The notes beneath the pieces are model-generated. The model saw nothing but the letters and a program-made list of their open reading frames with translations, searched no databases and was not told the origin of the DNA. DNA of 64,000 nucleotides from an uncultured Chloroflexia bacterium (GTDB taxonomy: Bacteria > Chloroflexota > Limnocylindria > Limnocylindrales > CSP1-4): contig CAWJIC010000075.1 of assembly GCA_963842755.1 (NCBI GenBank), positions 85,180-149,179 on the forward strand. The letters run 5' to 3'. Shown one piece after another: positions 10,019-18,680 of this stretch. A program made the position numbers and the translations under genes. Position 1 is the first letter of the stretch. Each line of letters starts with the position of its first letter.

Positions 10019-11338
10019 TCAGTAGCCGCCGGCGTAGAGCAGGTACCCGTAGTAGAGCGTCTTGCCGCCGCTCGTGATCGGGCTGCTCGGGTCGCCGACG
10101 AAGCCGTACCCCGGTTGAGCCGCCAGTCGAGCCGCCGCGTCGCTGCGAAGTTTCGAGATCACACTCGAGGGTCCGCCGGAGCAGTCCCCATGGGCGATGC
10201 ACAGCGCGGCGGCCCCGGTCACGTGGGGCGAGGCCATGCTCGTGCCGGAGATCGTGTTGTAGCCGCCGCCCTTCCAGGTGGACTCGATGCACACGCCCGG
10301 CGCGGCAATCGTGTGGCTCTCGTCTGTGCTGCCGACGGTCGTGAAGTTGCTGAAGTCGGCCGGCGTCTCGTCGACGTCCGTCCGGCAGGTCGGGGCGGCG
10401 CCGCCGCCAGGCGCTCCGTTGAAGTCCGCCAGCGCGGTGACGGACAGGACCTCGTTGTAGGCGGCCGGGACGAAGGTCGCCAGATCCGCGTTCGAGTTGC
10501 CCGCGGCGACGACATACGTCACGCCGGCAGCGACCGAGTTGCAGATCGCCAAATGGAGCGCATCTCCGTTGGTCTTCCCGCAATTGCCATCGTCTGAGCC
10601 GCCGCCACCCAGGCTCATGTTGGCGACCTTGATGCCGAGACTGGAGGCGTACCTGGTGACCCAGTCGATCCCGCAGACGACGGACGACCAGGTCCCCGAG
10701 CCGGCGTTGTTGAGGACGCGGACCGAGTAGATCCGCACCCCGGGTGCAACACCCACGACGCCGCTGCCGTTGTCCTTCGCGCCGATCGTGCCGGCGACGT
10801 GGGTGCCGTGACCGTTCCCGTCGCCGTAGCGGCTGGGCTTGCCCGTCGAGCAGTTCGTGCCGCCCGCGATGTTGATGTCCGGGTGCGGGCCGGAGCCGGT
10901 GTCGATGACCGCGACGGCAGGGCCCGCGACGCTTCCCGCGCCGTTGCCGGAGGCCTGGCTGCTCAGGTCGCCCTCGATCCGGTCGATCCCCGTCGGCAGC
11001 CTGTCGACGACAGCCTGGACCTCTCGGTCGGCCGAGATGAACGCCACGCGCGGGTCGGCGCGCAGCGCCGCGAGGCGGGCGTCGGGAATCGCGCCGGCGT
11101 AGCCCCTCAGGGCGAACTGGTAGACGTGGCTGACCGAGGCGCCGAATTGGGCGCCATGCTCCCGTGCGACCGCGGCGGAGTCCGTCCCGTCGCGCAGGAC
11201 GACGATGTATCGCCCGCTGAGCGCGGCACCGGATGCCGGGGCGGCAATGACGAGGGCGAGGAGGACGGCGGCTGCGAGACGAAGCGTGCGGCTCACGGGA
11301 ACCTCCCTGGGATCGGCACTCCGGCCGAGTGGCTGCAT
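10019..11338 (-). CDS. Secreted subtilisin-like serine peptidase (S8) with N-terminal I9 inhibitor propeptide
   Basis: Signal peptide RTLRLAAAVLLALVIAAPASGA. Catalytic D (AVIDTG), H (HGTHVAGT) and S (GTSMASPH) motifs. Confidence 0.85.
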   Translation of the reverse strand: MQPLGRSADPREVPVSRTLRLAAAVLLALVIAAPASGAALSGRYIVVLRDGTDSAAVAREHGAQFGASVSHVYQFALRGYAGAIPDARLAALRADPRVAFISADREVQAVVDRLPTGIDRIEGDLSSQASGNGAGSVAGPAVAVIDTGSGPHPDINIAGGTNCSTGKPSRYGDGNGHGTHVAGTIGAKDNGSGVVGVAPGVRIYSVRVLNNAGSGTWSSVVCGIDWVTRYASSLGIKVANMSLGGGGSDDGNCGKTNGDALHLAICNSVAAGVTYVVAAGNSNADLATFVPAAYNEVLSVTALADFNGAPGGGAAPTCRTDVDETPADFSNFTTVGSTDESHTIAAPGVCIESTWKGGGYNTISGTSMASPHVTGAAALCIAHGDCSGGPSSVISKLRSDAAARLAAQPGYGFVGDPSSPITSGGKTLYYGYLLYAGGY

Positions 11339-11375
11339 CGACTGAGGATCCGCATCCTACTTCCTCCGGCGGATC

Positions 11376-11422
11376 CCGCCAACCCCCGCCAACCCCCGCC
11401 AACCCCATCCCGCCAACCCCGA
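11376..11422. repeat. 10-bp tandem repeat (gccaaccccc, about 4 copies); G-quadruplex-prone on the minus strand
   Basis: cgccaacccccgccaacccccgccaaccccatcccgccaacccc. The complement is GGGGTTGGCGGG-type G-tracts. Lies upstream of the S8 peptidase start. Confidence 0.7.
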
Positions 11423-11585
11423 CGCCTCCCGGATCCGCTCGGCCATCGATCAGGCCTCGCCGTCCCGGGCGATCCGCTCGCGGCCGTCGACGGCTCCGGG
11501 CTCGACGCCCTGATGGCCCCGACGCTCGCCATGAAGGGCGGCGCGATCGTCCGCGACGAGCGCTCCTGGCCCTGGCCGCCCGAGC

Positions 11586-12467
11586 CTAACCTCCGGAGAC
11601 CGGCACGACGAGGACGAACCGCCCGTCCTTGCCCGGGTAGCGGCCCGTCGGTCGCTTCCAGGGCAGGTAGTCCTCGGGCAGGAGCCGGACCGGGACGAGC
11701 GCGTCGGGCGACCGCGATTCGCCCCAGATCGTGCTGATCCGCGGCCACCAGACATCCTCGATCCGGACGTGGGTGACCCGGAAGTCATCGGTCAGCGCCG
11801 GGTCCGCGGTGGCGCGGAAGCCGGACATCACCCAGGCATGGGCGCCGCGCCAGACGAGCAGCGCGGCGGGACGGCCGGTCAGCCGGATCGCCCGGGCGGC
11901 CGCCTTGACGGCTCGGGCGATCGTGCGCTCGCTGATCACCGTGTACGGCCCGAAGCCGAGCCGGTCGAGCGCCTTCGCCATGCCCTCCGGCTCGAGGCCG
12001 CGGTCCGGCGCGGGTCCCAGCTTTCGTCCCAGGCGCTGGATCTGCCGCTGGGTCGCGGCCGTCCGGTCGGCGCCGGGCGACATGACGTTGACCATCGTCT
12101 GGACGGCCGCGGCCGCGCACCAGATCTTCTCCTTCTCGGAGACGAAGTCGCCCGGGCGGTAGAGGTCCATGGCGAACGGTCCGGCCGTCGGCGGCGGGTC
12201 CAGGGCGGCCAGCGGATCGGGCGGCCGGGTCGGGGTCGGCGTGGGAGTCGGGACGGCGGTCGCAGCGGAGCTCGAGGACGGCTCCGAGCTCGGCGTGGCG
12301 CCCGGGCCCAGGTTCGGCTGGGCGACGGAAGAGGGCTCGATCCGCGCGGCGCTCGTCGGCGAACCTCCCGGTCCGGACGGCGCGCTCGACGCGGCCATCG
12401 CCACGCCGCCGACGAGGAGGAGGGCCAGCCCGAGAGCGCCGAGAGGGAGCAGTCCGGAGCGGTTCAT
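11586..12467 (-). CDS. Secreted protein with Pro/Ser/Thr-rich linker and possible papain-like (C39-like) cysteine peptidase domain
   Basis: Signal peptide, PTPTPTPTRPPDP linker, candidate nucleophile in EKEKIWCAAAAVQ, conserved His in GAHAWVMSGF. Functional call is tentative. Confidence 0.45.
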   Translation of the reverse strand: MNRSGLLPLGALGLALLLVGGVAMAASSAPSGPGGSPTSAARIEPSSVAQPNLGPGATPSSEPSSSSAATAVPTPTPTPTRPPDPLAALDPPPTAGPFAMDLYRPGDFVSEKEKIWCAAAAVQTMVNVMSPGADRTAATQRQIQRLGRKLGPAPDRGLEPEGMAKALDRLGFGPYTVISERTIARAVKAAARAIRLTGRPAALLVWRGAHAWVMSGFRATADPALTDDFRVTHVRIEDVWWPRISTIWGESRSPDALVPVRLLPEDYLPWKRPTGRYPGKDGRFVLVVPVSGG

Positions 12468-12636
12468 CGGTTCGAGACCATCGTGCGATCAGCCGTAGGC
12501 AGGGTCAAGGACGCGCCCGCCGAGGGTTTCGTTGCGCGAGCGAGGATCCCGGGCGCCGCCTCATGTTGCTCCCTCAGGGCAGAACACGCGACGGGATCGA
12601 GGCGGCACGACGGGATCAGGGCAGGGCAACGGGCCG

Positions 12637-13215
12637 TTACGCGCCGCCGGCCCTGAGCATCGCCTTGTGGGCGCGCTTGGCCTCCTGGTAGCGGGCGAGC
12701 GCCTCGGCCGAATCGACGTCGCCGAGGGTCGCGTACCTCGGCGCCACGTCCTCCCAGCCGGGCGGCCGCACGCCGAGCCGCTTGCCGACGATCGCGATGA
12801 GCGACCTGGCCTTCATCGGGCCGAACCCGGGCAGGCCCAGGAACCGCCTCTCGAGGTCCCGGCAGTCCGTCGCCTCGGTCCAGACCCGGGCCGCGTCGCC
12901 GCCGTGGTCGCGGACGATCACGACGCACAGCGCCTGGACCTTGGCCGCCATCGCGCCCGGGAAACGGTGGAGGGCCGGCCGGCGGCGGAAGACCTCGTCG
13001 AGCTCGGCCGGGTCCATCGCGGCGATCTTCGCCGCGTCAAGCGAGCCGATCCGGCGCTGCAGCTCGAGCGGGCCGCCGAACGCCTTCTGGACGCTGACCT
13101 GCTGGTCGAGCGCGAACCCGATGAGCAGCGCCAGTGGCTCACTCACGAGGAGCCGGTCGGCCTCGTCGTTGCCGGTGAAGAAGAGTCGGTCGGGGAGTGG
13201 CGGGGTGGCAGTCAT
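12637..13215 (-). CDS. HhH-GPD family base-excision DNA repair protein (about 190 aa)
   Basis: Internal ATG at 13215 (MTATPPLPDRLFFTGNDEAD...). HhH region LPGFGPMKARSLIAIVGKRLG. The longer ORF to 13659 is probably spurious. Confidence 0.6.
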   Translation of the reverse strand: MTATPPLPDRLFFTGNDEADRLLVSEPLALLIGFALDQQVSVQKAFGGPLELQRRIGSLDAAKIAAMDPAELDEVFRRRPALHRFPGAMAAKVQALCVVIVRDHGGDAARVWTEATDCRDLERRFLGLPGFGPMKARSLIAIVGKRLGVRPPGWEDVAPRYATLGDVDSAEALARYQEAKRAHKAMLRAGGA

Positions 13216-13275
13216 GACGGCATGGTACCGGGGTCGCTCGACGCGGGAAACGCGACCCTCGCGCATACTCGGAGC

Positions 13276-14107
13276 GATGGACGAAACGATCCCGGAGCCG
13301 ACGACGCCCGAGCCGACGACGACCAACGAGCGGACCGACGAGCCCGACGCGTTGCCGACGCCCAGCCGAAGCCTGCACAACGCGATCGTCCTCCTCGGTG
13401 GCGTCGCCCTCGGGATCGTCCTCACCGTCGGTGGCCTCCTCGGCGCGGGGGTCCTCCGACCCGGCGGCGCCTCGGCCAGCCCCGGCGTCAGCCCCGACCC
13501 GAGCCCATCGGCCCGGACCGTCCTGCCCGCCGACGGCTCGAGCCTGGGCCTCGCCGCGGCATCGGTCACGATCGAGATCTGGGCGGACTTCCAGTGCCCG
13601 TACTGCGGCCTCCAGGCCCACGGCATCGAGCCGTCGATCGTCCGCGACCAGGTCGCCACCGGCGCCGCTCGGCTCGTCTTCCGCGACTTCGCCTTCCTGG
13701 GCCGGGAATCGACCGACGCCGCCGTCGCGGCCCGCTGTGCCGAGGCCCAGGGCCGGTTCTGGGACTACCACGACCTTCTGTTCGCCTCCCAGCAGGGCGA
13801 GAACCAGGGTGCCTTCGCCCGGAAGAGCCTCCTCGGGCTGGGGCGCTTCACCGGCCTGGACGAGGCCGCATTCGCCGCCTGCCTGGACGACCCGTCGATC
13901 GTGAAGGCGGTCGCCGACGAGACCGCCGAAGGGCGCGGCCACGGCATCGAGTCGACGCCGACGCTGCGGATCAGCGGACCCGGCGGGACCGTCCTGCTGA
14001 CCGGCGTGAAGGACGCTGCGGCCATCACCGCCGCGGTTCTCCAGGCCGCGGCGCCCGCGGCGAGCCCGGCCGGATCGGCGGCCCCGGGCGCGTCCGCCAC
14101 ACCCTGA
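13276..14107 (+). CDS. DsbA-family thiol-disulfide oxidoreductase, membrane-anchored
   Basis: Thioredoxin-fold CPYC active site (WADFQCPYCG). N-terminal TM helix. Confidence 0.75.
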
Positions 14108-14126
14108 CTCGAGCCGGGACCAGCCG

Positions 14127-14891
14127 ATGAGCCCGATGAGCGACCTCCGGATCGACTGGCTCGGCCACGCGACGGTCCGCATCGAGCTGGACGGCCTCAC
14201 GTTCCTGACCGACCCGACAGTTCGCGATCGGATCGGGCCGCTCGACCGCAAGTCGCCGCCGATCCCTCACCATGAGCTCGCCGGGGTCGATGCCGTCCTG
14301 CTCAGCCACCTCCACCACGACCACCTCGACCTCGCCTCGCTGCGCCGGCTCGGCGACCCGCGGCTCATCGTGCCCTCCGGCTCCGGCGCGCTCCTGCGGC
14401 GGGCGGGACACACCAACGTGGACGAGTTCTCGCCCGGCCAGGCGACCCACCACGGCGGCGTGCAGGTCGAGATCGTGCACGCCGAGCACAGCGGCTTCCG
14501 CCCGCCGTTCGGCCCGACCGGGCCCGCCCTCGGCTTCATCGTCTCCAACGCCCGCCACCGGATTTTCTTCGCGGGGGATACCGCGCTCCATCCCGGGATG
14601 GCGCAGATCCCCGACCTCGACATCGCCCTGCTCCCCGTGTGGGGCTGGGGTCCCCGGCTCCGCGGCGGTCACATGGACCCGGTCATGGCCGCCGAGGCGC
14701 TCGCGCTCCTCCGGCCACGGATCGCGGTGCCGATCCACTGGGGGACGTTCTGGCCCAAGGCGATGGGCTCCGTCCGGCCGCACCGGCTCCGGCGGCCGGG
14801 CCACGACTTCCGCGAGGCGGCCGCGGAGCTGGCCCCGGAGGTGCGCACGGTCGTGACCATGCCCGGCCACCGGATCGCCCTGCCGCGCTGA
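14127..14891 (+). CDS. MBL-fold metallo-hydrolase
   Basis: HxHxDH motif SHLHHDHLD plus downstream His and Asp ligands. Confidence 0.8.
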   Translation: MSPMSDLRIDWLGHATVRIELDGLTFLTDPTVRDRIGPLDRKSPPIPHHELAGVDAVLLSHLHHDHLDLASLRRLGDPRLIVPSGSGALLRRAGHTNVDEFSPGQATHHGGVQVEIVHAEHSGFRPPFGPTGPALGFIVSNARHRIFFAGDTALHPGMAQIPDLDIALLPVWGWGPRLRGGHMDPVMAAEALALLRPRIAVPIHWGTFWPKAMGSVRPHRLRRPGHDFREAAAELAPEVRTVVTMPGHRIALPR

Positions 14892-15015
14892 TCCGGACGT
14901 CCGTGGCGCGGGCGCACCGCAAACGGTGGCCCATTCGGGCCATCCCCTCCCCTGACCTTCGGCCTCGGGGTATCCTCGCGGGCCTACGATCCGTCCGCAG
15001 CTCGGGTGCTCCGAC

Positions 15016-15936
15016 ATGTCATTCGACACTCAACGGGGAATCGCGTCCCGCCGTCGCCTCGCCTCCGCAGCCACGAGCCTCCTGCTCGTCATCGGCCTGC
15101 TCGTCGCCACCGTCGGCCCGGTCGCCGCCGCGACCGTGAAGCGGACCTGGACCGCGAAGGTCTCGACCAGCGGGACCGCCCAGGTCCTGGGCTACACGGA
15201 CGGCCTCGGCCGGTTCGCCCTCCATCTCGGCGGGCTGAAGGCGAACACGAGCTACCCCATCCGCATCGTCAGGGGCACGTGCGCCAGCCCGGGCACGACG
15301 ATCTTCTCGTTCGTCGCGTCGACCTCCACGGCGGACGGCCGGATCGATCGCGAGCACGGGATCACCGCAACTCACATGAACCAGGTCTGGTCGGCGGATC
15401 GGGCCGGGTCCGGGCGGATCGCAATCCGGGTCGGGTCCGGGTCCCTCACCAGGTGCGGCAACCTGCGCTACCCGGTCGCGACGCGCATCTCCTTCCCGTA
15501 CAGGAGCATCAACATCCCGGTCATCCGCCAGAACAGCGGCTCGTTCCCGTACTGCGGCGTGGCGATGTACCTCGGGACGTTCGGCCAGCCGCGTGAGCCG
15601 TGGGCGACGATGATCTACGCCCATGCCCGGACGGGGATGTTCCTGCCGCTGCTGACCGCCTCGAAGATCAACAACGGGGCGGCCATGATCGGCAAGTCCG
15701 TGCGGGTGTACACGAGCGACTCGAAGGTCTACGTCTACCGGGTCACCCGGGTCATCCGCCACACGCTGTCGCTGGCGCCGGCATTCGCGGTGACGAACCA
15801 GCAGCTCTGGATGCAGACCTCCGAGGGTCTGTACCGCACCTCGAAGAAGCTGTTCGTGGTCGCCAAGCTCACCGGCGTGTACGCCACGACGTACGCAGCG
15901 TCCCACCCCAGGCCGCACCCGTACACCTGCGGCTGA
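15016..15936 (+). CDS. Secreted protein with sortase-like C-terminal domain lacking the catalytic Cys
   Basis: Signal peptide/TM. IYAHARTGMFLPLL...VRVYTSDSKVYVYRVTRV resembles the sortase His-region beta-barrel. LWMQTSEG sits where sortases have TLxTC. Tentative. Confidence 0.4.
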   Translation: MSFDTQRGIASRRRLASAATSLLLVIGLLVATVGPVAAATVKRTWTAKVSTSGTAQVLGYTDGLGRFALHLGGLKANTSYPIRIVRGTCASPGTTIFSFVASTSTADGRIDREHGITATHMNQVWSADRAGSGRIAIRVGSGSLTRCGNLRYPVATRISFPYRSINIPVIRQNSGSFPYCGVAMYLGTFGQPREPWATMIYAHARTGMFLPLLTASKINNGAAMIGKSVRVYTSDSKVYVYRVTRVIRHTLSLAPAFAVTNQQLWMQTSEGLYRTSKKLFVVAKLTGVYATTYAASHPRPHPYTCG

Positions 15937-15957
15937 GGAGCCTCTGCGCTCCAGCGC

Positions 15958-16716
15958 TCAGACGACGGTCGGGGTCGGCTTCCGGCCGCGCGTCGCCGTC
16001 GCCTGCTCGACCGCCGGCTCCGCCTCCATCTTGTCCGGCGCGCGGTCCGCGACGGCTCGCTCGGCCCGATCCCGGATCCCCATGAGCATCTTGCGCTCCA
16101 TGAGGAAGTGGACCGGCTCCAGGCCGTAGCCGTTGACGATGAGGCCGGCCGGGGTCGGCTGGTAGTCCGACCGGAAGCGGACGATGAGCCGGGTCGCGAG
16201 CGGGTCGATCGGCTCGAGGACGAAGGCCCAGCTCCCGAACGACAGCCCGGCCTCGAGTGCCTCCTCGCGCGTGCCCGGCGAGCGCAGGACGAGGGCGCGC
16301 TCCGGCTCGAGGGCCTCGACGACGAACCGCAGCTGGACGACGAAGTCTTCCGGCACGAGCCGGATCTCGTCGCCGACCGCCAGCGACTGCAGCTCCGGCA
16401 CGATCCGGTCGGCGTTCTCGATCTGGCACCCGAAGGCGCGCTCGACGCGGTCGTAGCTGTACAGGCCGGCCCGGCCCTGGCCCATCTGGACGAGCCACGG
16501 CCAGATCGCGGCAGGCGTCGCCTCGATGGAGATCGCGTGGGTCTGGATGTAGCGGGGCTGCGCGACGAGATCGTCACCCGGCAGGGTCCGGGCCACCTCG
16601 TCGTTGGTCGCGCCCCAGCGAATCATTCGCGGGCGGACCGCGATGGCGTACGTGGCGCCGAGAGCGGCGCCGAACGAGAGCAGGGTGGGAACGGCACGAA
16701 AGGCGCGAGTGAGCAT
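15958..16716 (-). CDS. SRPBCC-superfamily (polyketide cyclase/START-like) membrane-associated protein
   Basis: Internal ATG at 16716 (MLTRAFRAVPT...). N-terminal hydrophobic helix then SRPBCC-like fold. Weak assignment. Confidence 0.5.
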   Translation of the reverse strand: MLTRAFRAVPTLLSFGAALGATYAIAVRPRMIRWGATNDEVARTLPGDDLVAQPRYIQTHAISIEATPAAIWPWLVQMGQGRAGLYSYDRVERAFGCQIENADRIVPELQSLAVGDEIRLVPEDFVVQLRFVVEALEPERALVLRSPGTREEALEAGLSFGSWAFVLEPIDPLATRLIVRFRSDYQPTPAGLIVNGYGLEPVHFLMERKMLMGIRDRAERAVADRAPDKMEAEPAVEQATATRGRKPTPTVV

Positions 16717-17176
16717 CGGGTAGCCCTCCTGGGTCGGTCGTTTCGTCCCGCCCAGTCCAGCACCGCGGGCGGACGGGGACAAGGGCCGACCGTCCCGTCC
16801 CGGACGGGCCGCGGGGCGATGCCCCCGCCACACGGCCGGTTCGGTAGCTGACAGGCGGTTCCCGGGGGCTTTACGGGGGGAGTAGGATTCGGCTCGAGAG
16901 GCCCGCGGACGACCGATCGGCGGCCGCCCCGACAGGCCCGGCGAGGGCCAGCGACCCGATGCGCCATGACCGCAGCACTCCGGGACTGACCGGACGGAGG
17001 GCCCGGCCGCGAACGAGCGGACCGGCCCTGCCGATGACGGCGGATTCGTCGCGCGGCGCCACCAACCTCGCCACGATCCCCCGCGCGGGGAACATCAGCA
17101 CGGACACTCGAGCGGGCTGTTGACGTGCGCCCGGGGCCGATGAGGCTGGTGGGCGCGCCACAGCAACTTCGACTGC

Positions 17177-17204
17177 GGACCCACGCTTCCGGAAGCGTGG
17201 GTCT
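17177..17204 (+). promoter_or_regulatory. Near-perfect 28-bp palindrome/hairpin in the leader of the DEAD-box helicase gene
   Basis: GGACCCACGCTTCC|GGAAGCGTGGGTCT, 13 of 14 arm positions complementary. Confidence 0.5.
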
Positions 17205-17213
17205 CCGATTCCC

Positions 17214-18665
17214 TTGGCCGAGCTCACGGGAGCGGCGGGCCGCGGCCCGATATCCGCTATGCTCCCTGCGGACGACGCACGCGCCCCGCTCACCGGAGGC
17301 GCCGGCCATGAGGCCGCCACCGCGTCGCATCCCACCCGAACCGACCGCACGGCCGCTCCTCCGGCGCCGACGACGGACCGGGAGCACAGGAGCCACTGCT
17401 TGACGTTCGATACCCTCGGCCTCTCGGCCGAAATCCTCCGCGCCGTCGTGGAGGAGGGCTACACGGAGCCCACCCCGATCCAGGCCCAGGCCATCCCGCT
17501 GGTCCTCCAGGGACGCGATGTCCTCGCGGCCGCCCAGACCGGCACCGGCAAGACCGCGGCCTTCACCCTGCCGATCCTCGAGCGGCTGAAGGTCCACGCG
17601 AACACGAGCTTCTCGCCGGCCCGCCACCCGGTACGGGCGCTCATGGTCACCCCCACCCGCGAGCTCGCGATGCAGATCGCCGAGAGCGTCGAGGGCTACG
17701 GCCGCCACGTCCCGCTCCGCTCCACCGTGGTCTACGGCGGGGTGCCGATCGACCCGCAGATCAAGGCGCTGCTGGCCGGGGTCGAGATCCTCGTGGCGAC
17801 GCCCGGTCGGCTGATGGACCACGTCGGCCAGCGGACGGTCAACCTCTCCCAGGTGGAGATCCTCGTCCTGGACGAGGCGGACCGGATGCTGGACATGGGC
17901 TTCATCCCGGACATCCGCAAGATCGTGGCGCTCCTCCCCAGCCGCCGCCAGAACCTGCTCTTCTCGGCGACCTTCTCGGAGGAGATCCGGCGGCTCGCCC
18001 AGGAGTTCCTGCGCGACCCGGCCACGGTGGAGGTCGCCGCGCGGATGGCGGTTGCGGAGTCGGTCGAGCAGATCCTCTACCCGGTCGACCGGGACCGCAA
18101 GGAGGACCTCCTGATCCACCTCATCCGGCGCGACCGGATGGAGCAGGCCCTCGTGTTCACCCGGACGAAGATCGCGGCCAGCAGGCTCGCCTCGTACCTG
18201 GACCGGCGCGGCGTCGCGGCCGTGGCGATCCACAGCGACCGCAGCCAGCCGGAGCGGACCCGTGCCCTCGAGGACTTCAAGCGCGGCGAGGTGACCTGCC
18301 TGGTCGCCACGGACGTCGCCTCCCGGGGACTCGACATCGAGGAGCTCCCGTACGTCGTGAACTTCGAGCTCCCGTTCGAGCCGCAGGACTACATCCACCG
18401 GATCGGACGGACCGGCCGGGCGGGCTTGACCGGCATCGCGATCTCGCTGGTGTGCACCGACGAGGTCGAGCTCCTCAAGGGCGTCCAGCGCCTCCTGAAG
18501 AAGGCGATCCCGTTCCAGGTCGCGGAGGGGTTCATCCCGGACCGGACGATCGAGCCCCGGCCGATCCGCGGCTTCGGGCAGAACGGCTCCGGCGGCGATG
18601 GTGGGCGCAACCACCACGCCCATCACAAGCCGATCCGGACGCGCGGCGGGGCCGGTCGCGGCTAG
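17214..18665 (+). CDS. DEAD-box ATP-dependent RNA helicase (RhlE-like)
   Basis: Q-motif TPIQ, motif I AQTGTGKT, motif II DEAD, SAT, HRIGRTGR. TTG start at 17214; the real start could be the ATG at 17259. Confidence 0.9.
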   Translation: MAELTGAAGRGPISAMLPADDARAPLTGGAGHEAATASHPTRTDRTAAPPAPTTDREHRSHCLTFDTLGLSAEILRAVVEEGYTEPTPIQAQAIPLVLQGRDVLAAAQTGTGKTAAFTLPILERLKVHANTSFSPARHPVRALMVTPTRELAMQIAESVEGYGRHVPLRSTVVYGGVPIDPQIKALLAGVEILVATPGRLMDHVGQRTVNLSQVEILVLDEADRMLDMGFIPDIRKIVALLPSRRQNLLFSATFSEEIRRLAQEFLRDPATVEVAARMAVAESVEQILYPVDRDRKEDLLIHLIRRDRMEQALVFTRTKIAASRLASYLDRRGVAAVAIHSDRSQPERTRALEDFKRGEVTCLVATDVASRGLDIEELPYVVNFELPFEPQDYIHRIGRTGRAGLTGIAISLVCTDEVELLKGVQRLLKKAIPFQVAEGFIPDRTIEPRPIRGFGQNGSGGDGGRNHHAHHKPIRTRGGAGRG

Positions 18666-18680
18666 CGCCCGGCGGGGAAG

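Noticed and set aside
9048-11408. 786-aa ORF on the minus strand overlapping the phosphatase and S8 peptidase region
   Set aside because: Out-of-frame with or antisense to genes that have clear catalytic motifs. Composition-driven stop-free frame.
11376-11422. CRISPR array
   Set aside because: The tandem repeats here and at 24521, 44122 and 63162 are short, contiguous and without unique spacers. No cas genes in the window.
16623-18626. 667-aa ORF on the minus strand
   Set aside because: Antisense to the well-supported DEAD-box helicase. Arg/Gly/Pro-rich low-complexity translation typical of GC-rich antisense frames. No domain signal.
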